Source: a bacterium
GTDB lineage: Bacteria > UBA8248
Assembly: GCA_965219955.1 (NCBI GenBank)
Contig: OZ244799.1
Location: 704,001-768,000 of the forward strand
Direction: 5' to 3'
Length of the DNA stretch: 64,000 bases
Below, one piece after another: positions 59,111 to 64,000 of the stretch. Made by a program: the position numbers and the translations under genes. A model generated the notes under the pieces. The model saw only the letters and a list, made by a program, of their open reading frames with translations, had not been told where the DNA came from and ran no database searches. Position 1 is the stretch's first letter. Each line of letters begins with the position of its first letter.

Positions 59111-59812
59111 CTACTCTCCTTCAAATTTTCGGCGCACCGCGAGGAGCGCGGCGAGGTTGCTCGTCATCACGGGCAGGCCGGGGTAGCGGGCCTGAATCTG
59201 GGGCAGGGCGTCGACCGCGGGCAGGTTCGTGCAGGAGATGAAAAGGCAATCCGCTTTCTTCAGGTTCTCCGGAGAAATTTTCTCTTCCGCGAACGCGAGG
59301 ATTTTATCCGCCCGCGTGTTGCCGATCTCGATGTTGTCCGTTATCCCCATGCCGTCTATGGAGAGGACCTCCCGCCCGTCTTCTTCCAGGGACTCGCGAA
59401 TGGGCCCGTTCAACTCGTCGATATAGGGCGTGAGCACCACGAGCTTCTTCGCGTTCATTTCGGCGAATTCACGCGCGAGCGCCGAGAGAATGGTGGCTGT
59501 CTCCGCACCTGTCTGCTCCTCGATTTGCGCTTTTATCTTCTGGTCGTGCGATTGCCCGAAGAGTGCGCCGCCCGACGTGCAGCCGAAGACGCAAAAATGC
59601 GGCTCCACCGTCTTGAGCATCCGGTTCGCCTCGGGCAGGGATTCTTCGAGCATTCGGATTTCGGCCTGTTTCGTCGTCTCGTCCAGGAACATGCGGGAGG
59701 TGGCGACGTAGACACCCTCGGGCAGGTTCTTGTGGAAATCCCGCTCCATCGTGGCGTTCGAAGAGGGAACGAGAAGGCCGACGCGGAACTGGGCTTTTTT
59801 TGTCGCGGTCAT
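59111..59812 (-). CDS. Maleate cis-trans isomerase / Asp-Glu racemase family protein
   Basis: GLLVPSSNATME, FGCTSG, LTPY, FISCTNL, TSN. Confidence 0.88.
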   Translation of the reverse strand: MTATKKAQFRVGLLVPSSNATMERDFHKNLPEGVYVATSRMFLDETTKQAEIRMLEESLPEANRMLKTVEPHFCVFGCTSGGALFGQSHDQKIKAQIEEQTGAETATILSALAREFAEMNAKKLVVLTPYIDELNGPIRESLEEDGREVLSIDGMGITDNIEIGNTRADKILAFAEEKISPENLKKADCLFISCTNLPAVDALPQIQARYPGLPVMTSNLAALLAVRRKFEGE

Positions 59813-60055
59813 CGCAGACTCCAGAGCGGCTAATGGGTTCAGGAATTGTAGAATAATTATTGAAGCTGTCCAAAGCGCTTTCACGCCCGCTGCCTGGAAT
59901 GGTTCAAGCAGTGTGCGCCATCGCCTCGCCTCAATACGCAAGGTGATGTAAAACTTGGGGACGCCGCACATTTCCTGGAAAACGATTCGCCGGGTCAGGA
60001 AGCGCATTTGAAATTTCGCAGCGGCATCATTTGAACGGACAGAAGAGGGGGTTAC

Positions 60056-61207
60056 GTGGATTTCAGGCTCGAAGACTCGGACCGCCTGCTCCAGCAGACG
60101 GCGCGGGAGCTGGCTATAAGGGAGTTCGCAAGTGACGCCTTCTCCTATGCGCGGACGGGCGAGTACCCCCGGCGCTCCATGAAGGTGCTGGCCGAGCACG
60201 GCATGATGGGGATGACGGTGGCCGAACCCCACGGAGGGGGGCAATCGATTTTCGAGGCCTGCCTGGTGATGGAGGCGGTCTCCCAGGTATGCCCCCACAG
60301 CGGCGACGTGGTGCAGATGGGAAACATGGGCCCCATCCGCGTGATAGACGAACTTGGCTCCGCCGAACAAAAGGAGCGTTTTCTGCCCCCGATATGCCGG
60401 GGGGAGAAGATCGTCTCCATCAGCATGACGGAGCCCGACGCCGGTTCGGCCGCCACGGATTTACAGACCACGGCGGAATATGACGGCGAGAGCGTCCTCG
60501 TGAACGGCCGGAAATGCTTCAGCTCCAACGCGCCGCACGCGGATTTGTTTGTCGTCTACGTCCGCTTCGGCCCCAGGACGCGCGATTGCGGCGCCGTGGT
60601 GGTGGAGACGGGAACGCCCGGCTTCACGAAGGGGAAGACCGAGCACTACATGAGCGGGGAGGCGCACTGCGCGCTTCATTTCGAGAACGCGCGTATCCCC
60701 AGGGAGAACGTGCTGGTGGATGAGGAGGGTTTCCGGGTCCTCATGCCCGTGTTCAACGTGGAGCGGCTCGGGAACGCTACGCGCTGTCTGGCCCTGGCGC
60801 AGGCGGCTTACGACATGACTGTCGCCCACACCGGCGAGAGGCGCCAGTTCGACCGTCCCCTGTGCGAGTTTCAGGGCGTGCAGTGGATGGTGGCGGACAT
60901 GCGGGTGAAGCTCGAGGCGGCGCGCCTGCTGCTCTACCGCGCGCTCTCGAACGCGCGCGCGGGCCTGCCCTCGGCGGTGGAGACGACGAGCGCCAAGCTC
61001 TACTGCAACGAGATGGCTCGCCTGGTGGCCGACGACGCGATTCAGCTTCACGGCGGGTACGGCTTTTCCACCGAGATGCCGCTCGAGTTCCTCTACCGCA
61101 AGATTCGCGGGTGGTCCATCGCGGGCGGCTCCACCGAGATGCTGAGAAACCGCCTGGCCTCCCTGATCTACGAGCGCCCCTTCAGCCAGCGCCCGCCAAA
61201 AGCGTAG
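60056..61207 (+). CDS. Acyl-CoA dehydrogenase family protein
   Basis: MTEPDAGS, NGRKCF, FNVER, RRQF, FQGVQW, QLHGGYG, IAGGSTE. Confidence 0.92.
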   Translation: MDFRLEDSDRLLQQTARELAIREFASDAFSYARTGEYPRRSMKVLAEHGMMGMTVAEPHGGGQSIFEACLVMEAVSQVCPHSGDVVQMGNMGPIRVIDELGSAEQKERFLPPICRGEKIVSISMTEPDAGSAATDLQTTAEYDGESVLVNGRKCFSSNAPHADLFVVYVRFGPRTRDCGAVVVETGTPGFTKGKTEHYMSGEAHCALHFENARIPRENVLVDEEGFRVLMPVFNVERLGNATRCLALAQAAYDMTVAHTGERRQFDRPLCEFQGVQWMVADMRVKLEAARLLLYRALSNARAGLPSAVETTSAKLYCNEMARLVADDAIQLHGGYGFSTEMPLEFLYRKIRGWSIAGGSTEMLRNRLASLIYERPFSQRPPKA

Positions 61208-61244
61208 TTTTCCTCAGCATGAATTTTTGGGGATTCGCCTGATC

Positions 61245-63356
61245 ATGAAACGCCCCACCGCCGAGAGCCTCGAGAAACTTCTCAAACCTGAGTCGGTAGC
61301 CGTGGTCGGAGCGTCGGCGAACCTCGAGCAATTCAACGGCCGCGTGGTGAAGAACCTGCTGCGCCACGGCTATGGGGGCAGGGTCTATCCCGTGAACCCC
61401 AAATACGAGGAAGTGGCCGGGCTGCGCTGCCGGCCGAGGCTCGGTGCGCTTCCCGAAGCGCCGGACGTCGCCTTCATCACCGTGGGGAAAGAGCGCGTGG
61501 CTGGTGTTTTGGCCGAGTGCGCCGATGCGGGAATAGGCGCGGCCATCATCTACACCGGCGGTTTTTCAGAAGCCGATGAGGCGGGCGCACGGCTGGAAGC
61601 CGAAATCCGGCGCATCGCCCGAGATGCCGGCATCCGCGTCTGCGGGCCGAACACGGCGGGCGTGCACGATTTTCATCACAACTTTCACCTGGCGGGCCTG
61701 ATCGCGCTCGACGTGGAGGAGATGCTGCCGGGCGGCGTCGGGGTGGTCTGCCAGAGCGGGAGCATCGGAGGCGCATTGCTCTCACGCGCGACGCAGCGCG
61801 GGGTCGGGTTCAGCCATCTCATCTCCTGCGGCAACGAGATGGACCTGGAAGTTTCGGATTATCTCGACTACCTCATCGACGACCCCCACACCCGGGCGGT
61901 CGCGGTCTATCTCGAAGGGGTGCGCGACGGGGAGAAGTTCAAAAAAGTCCTCCAGAAAGCCCTGCAGCGGGAGAAGCCCGTGGTCGTCCTGAAAGTGGGG
62001 GAAGCAAGCGAGGGCGCGCGCGCGGCCCTGAGCCATACAGGCGCCATGGTGGGCGAGGAGGGGGTGTATGAGGCGCTGTTCCGGAGGTGGGGCGTCACGC
62101 GGGTGGATGACCTGGAAGCGCTTTTCGAAGTCGCCCACATGTTCTGCGTCTCGGCGCTTCCCGAAGGAGATAGAGTGGGCGTCGTCACGACGACGGGCGG
62201 GGCCGGCGCCTTGATGGCCGACAAGTGCGGCGCCTTGGGCTTGGAGGTCGCCGATGCGGATGACGCCCTCAGGGTCCGGATGAAGCAGAAACACCCCGCC
62301 TTCGGGCGGATAGAGAATCCCCTCGACACCACCATCGCCGATATTCACCTGTATTCTGATTTTCTCGAATCTTTTCTCGATAGCGGCTGCTTCGACGCGG
62401 TGATCCCCATCGTGGGCTCGAGCGCGCAGTTTCGGCCCGAGATAGGGGTCGAGCCCATCGTGCGCTTGAAGCGGAAAAGCCCCGGCGTTCCCATGCTGGC
62501 CTATTTCAATCCCCATGCGGAAGATGCGCACAGGCTCCTGGCGAAGGAAGGAATCGCCTCTTTTCAATCCATCTCGGGCTGCGCCCGCGCGGCGGCGGCT
62601 CTGGTTCGGTATGCGAGAGTTTTGAAAAGAGAGAAAAAAACAGCATCGCGCCCTGCGTCTCAAGCGCCGTCCCCCTCGATGGCGGAAAAACTATCGACGG
62701 CAGGCGCCCTGAATGAGGCGCAATCTCTGGCGCTCGTCCGTGAATTCGGCTTGCCCGTGGTGGCGCACCGGTTTTGCCGTTCGAAAGATGAAGCCCGAAG
62801 CGCGGCGCGCGATTGGCGCTTCCCGCTCGTTTTGAAGGGAGTTTCCTCGAAAATTCACCACAAGACGGAGCGGGGGCTGGTGAAAACGGGCCTCGACGAT
62901 GAGGCGGCTTTTGAGGCCGCGCTCGCGGAAATCTCAAGTTTGAGGGAGACGTGCGATCTGGAAGGCTATCTGCTTCAGGAGCAGGTCGAGGGCGGTGTGG
63001 AATTCCTGCTCGGCGTGAAGCGAGACCCCCAGTTCGGCCCGGTAGTGACGATTGGCCTGGGCGGGAGGGATGTGGAATTGCTTGGCGACGTGAGCACCCG
63101 CGTCGCTCCGCTCACCCTCGATGACGCCTTTGAGATGATGGATGAACTCAAGTGCAGGAAGATATTCGAGGCTCACCGGGGGCGCGGGCCGCTGGATGCG
63201 GAAGCTCTCGCCGAGGCCATTTGCCTTCTGGGTGATGCCGCTTTCGCCTGTCGCGGGCAGATTGAGGAGATGGATTTGAACCCCGTTTTTCTGCGCGAGC
63301 AGGGTGGGGGATGCCTGGTGGCGGATGCGCTCATCATCACGGTAAATGATACCTGA
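61245..63356 (+). CDS. ADP-forming acyl-CoA synthetase (acetate--CoA ligase family, fused alpha/beta)
   Basis: VAVVGAS, YPVNP, GPNTAG, QSGS, GNEMD, ALSHTG (phospho-His), HKTERG, DLNPV. Confidence 0.9.
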   Translation: MKRPTAESLEKLLKPESVAVVGASANLEQFNGRVVKNLLRHGYGGRVYPVNPKYEEVAGLRCRPRLGALPEAPDVAFITVGKERVAGVLAECADAGIGAAIIYTGGFSEADEAGARLEAEIRRIARDAGIRVCGPNTAGVHDFHHNFHLAGLIALDVEEMLPGGVGVVCQSGSIGGALLSRATQRGVGFSHLISCGNEMDLEVSDYLDYLIDDPHTRAVAVYLEGVRDGEKFKKVLQKALQREKPVVVLKVGEASEGARAALSHTGAMVGEEGVYEALFRRWGVTRVDDLEALFEVAHMFCVSALPEGDRVGVVTTTGGAGALMADKCGALGLEVADADDALRVRMKQKHPAFGRIENPLDTTIADIHLYSDFLESFLDSGCFDAVIPIVGSSAQFRPEIGVEPIVRLKRKSPGVPMLAYFNPHAEDAHRLLAKEGIASFQSISGCARAAAALVRYARVLKREKKTASRPASQAPSPSMAEKLSTAGALNEAQSLALVREFGLPVVAHRFCRSKDEARSAARDWRFPLVLKGVSSKIHHKTERGLVKTGLDDEAAFEAALAEISSLRETCDLEGYLLQEQVEGGVEFLLGVKRDPQFGPVVTIGLGGRDVELLGDVSTRVAPLTLDDAFEMMDELKCRKIFEAHRGRGPLDAEALAEAICLLGDAAFACRGQIEEMDLNPVFLREQGGGCLVADALIITVNDT

Positions 63357-63400
63357 TACGAATCAACACGCCTCGCTTTGCGGCAGAAGAAGGCTGCCCC

Positions 63401-63917
63401 TGTAGGGGCGCTGATGAAAAAGCCCCTGACTAACGAGGGTTCGACGCGTCCGCGGAGGAAGGGTTTGCCGCGGTGGGATTGTAGGGGCGGTTCGCGAACC
63501 CCGGACAGGCGTAGGGGCCTGTCCGGCTACGGGCGAACGCGCTTTTGTTCGTCATTCCGGCAATCAATGCCGACCGAGGAGGGAGGGATTGCCCGGAATC
63601 CATTTGTTTTGCCTTTGTTTTTTTCTTGTTGGTACCCCGCCAATGACGGGGAGATAAAAAGCAGGCGTATTGTCATTCCACTTGAAAATGGATTCCGGCT
63701 TACGCCGGAATGACGGCGGTGGCCAATTCCGATCAAGGGGGACTTTTTCAACAAACCCTTTACAGGGGGGCAAGAAAAATCAAAACCCCCCTCAGCCCGG
63801 CGAGGGCGCATCGCTTTTTTTACCCCCCTGTCAAGGGGGGGTAGGGGGGGGTGGTTTTCAGGGCGAGAGGAGCGTCCCCTCTGCCCCCTGAAAAAGGGTC
63901 TTTTTCAACGGCCCCCT
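63401..63917. repeat. Mosaic repeat cluster
   Basis: GTAG REP, GTCATTCCGG...CCGGAATGACGG element, CCCCTGTCAAGGGGGG unit, two TTTTTCAAC ends. Confidence 0.88.
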
Positions 63918-64000
63918 ATAGGCCGAAAATCGCCGATTGACTTTGCAGTCAACAAGATTTAGTGTTCTCCATACCTTGGGCCCACAAGGAATCAAAAGAC

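Noticed and set aside
3681-63917. Palindromic repeats as a CRISPR array
   Set aside because: The repeats are dispersed, nested and inverted, with no regular repeat-spacer period and no cas genes.

Overview
GC-rich bacterial chromosomal window with about 58 CDS and one initiator tRNA-Met. It opens with housekeeping genes (3' part of hemL, ftsB/divIC, tRNA-fMet, trmL). The rest is mostly catabolic and redox enzymes of unknown substrate: Gfo/Idh/MocA oxidoreductases, amidases, acyl-CoA ligases, a molybdenum S/N-oxide reductase, luciferase-like monooxygenases (LLM), F420-type enzymes, a divergent LeuCD pair and AtuA/DUF4387. There is also an NsrR-truncated haemoglobin-YeaR nitric oxide module. 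The main hidden feature is at 36180-36779: two in-frame ORFs are probably one AhpD/CMD-family selenoprotein (C-Y-G-U motif, UGA at 36420-36422, SECIS-like hairpin at 36441-36458). It lies in a 7-gene LLM/F420/lactonase/CMD operon divergent from TauE and Tau-type ABC genes. About 13 intergenic regions are nested mosaics of at least four palindromic repeat families, many bounded by a 15-bp terminal inverted repeat. One such element is visibly inserted into another repeat with a 5-bp target duplication. No transposase, integrase, CRISPR array or rRNA was seen. All family calls come from motif recognition by eye; no database search was run.
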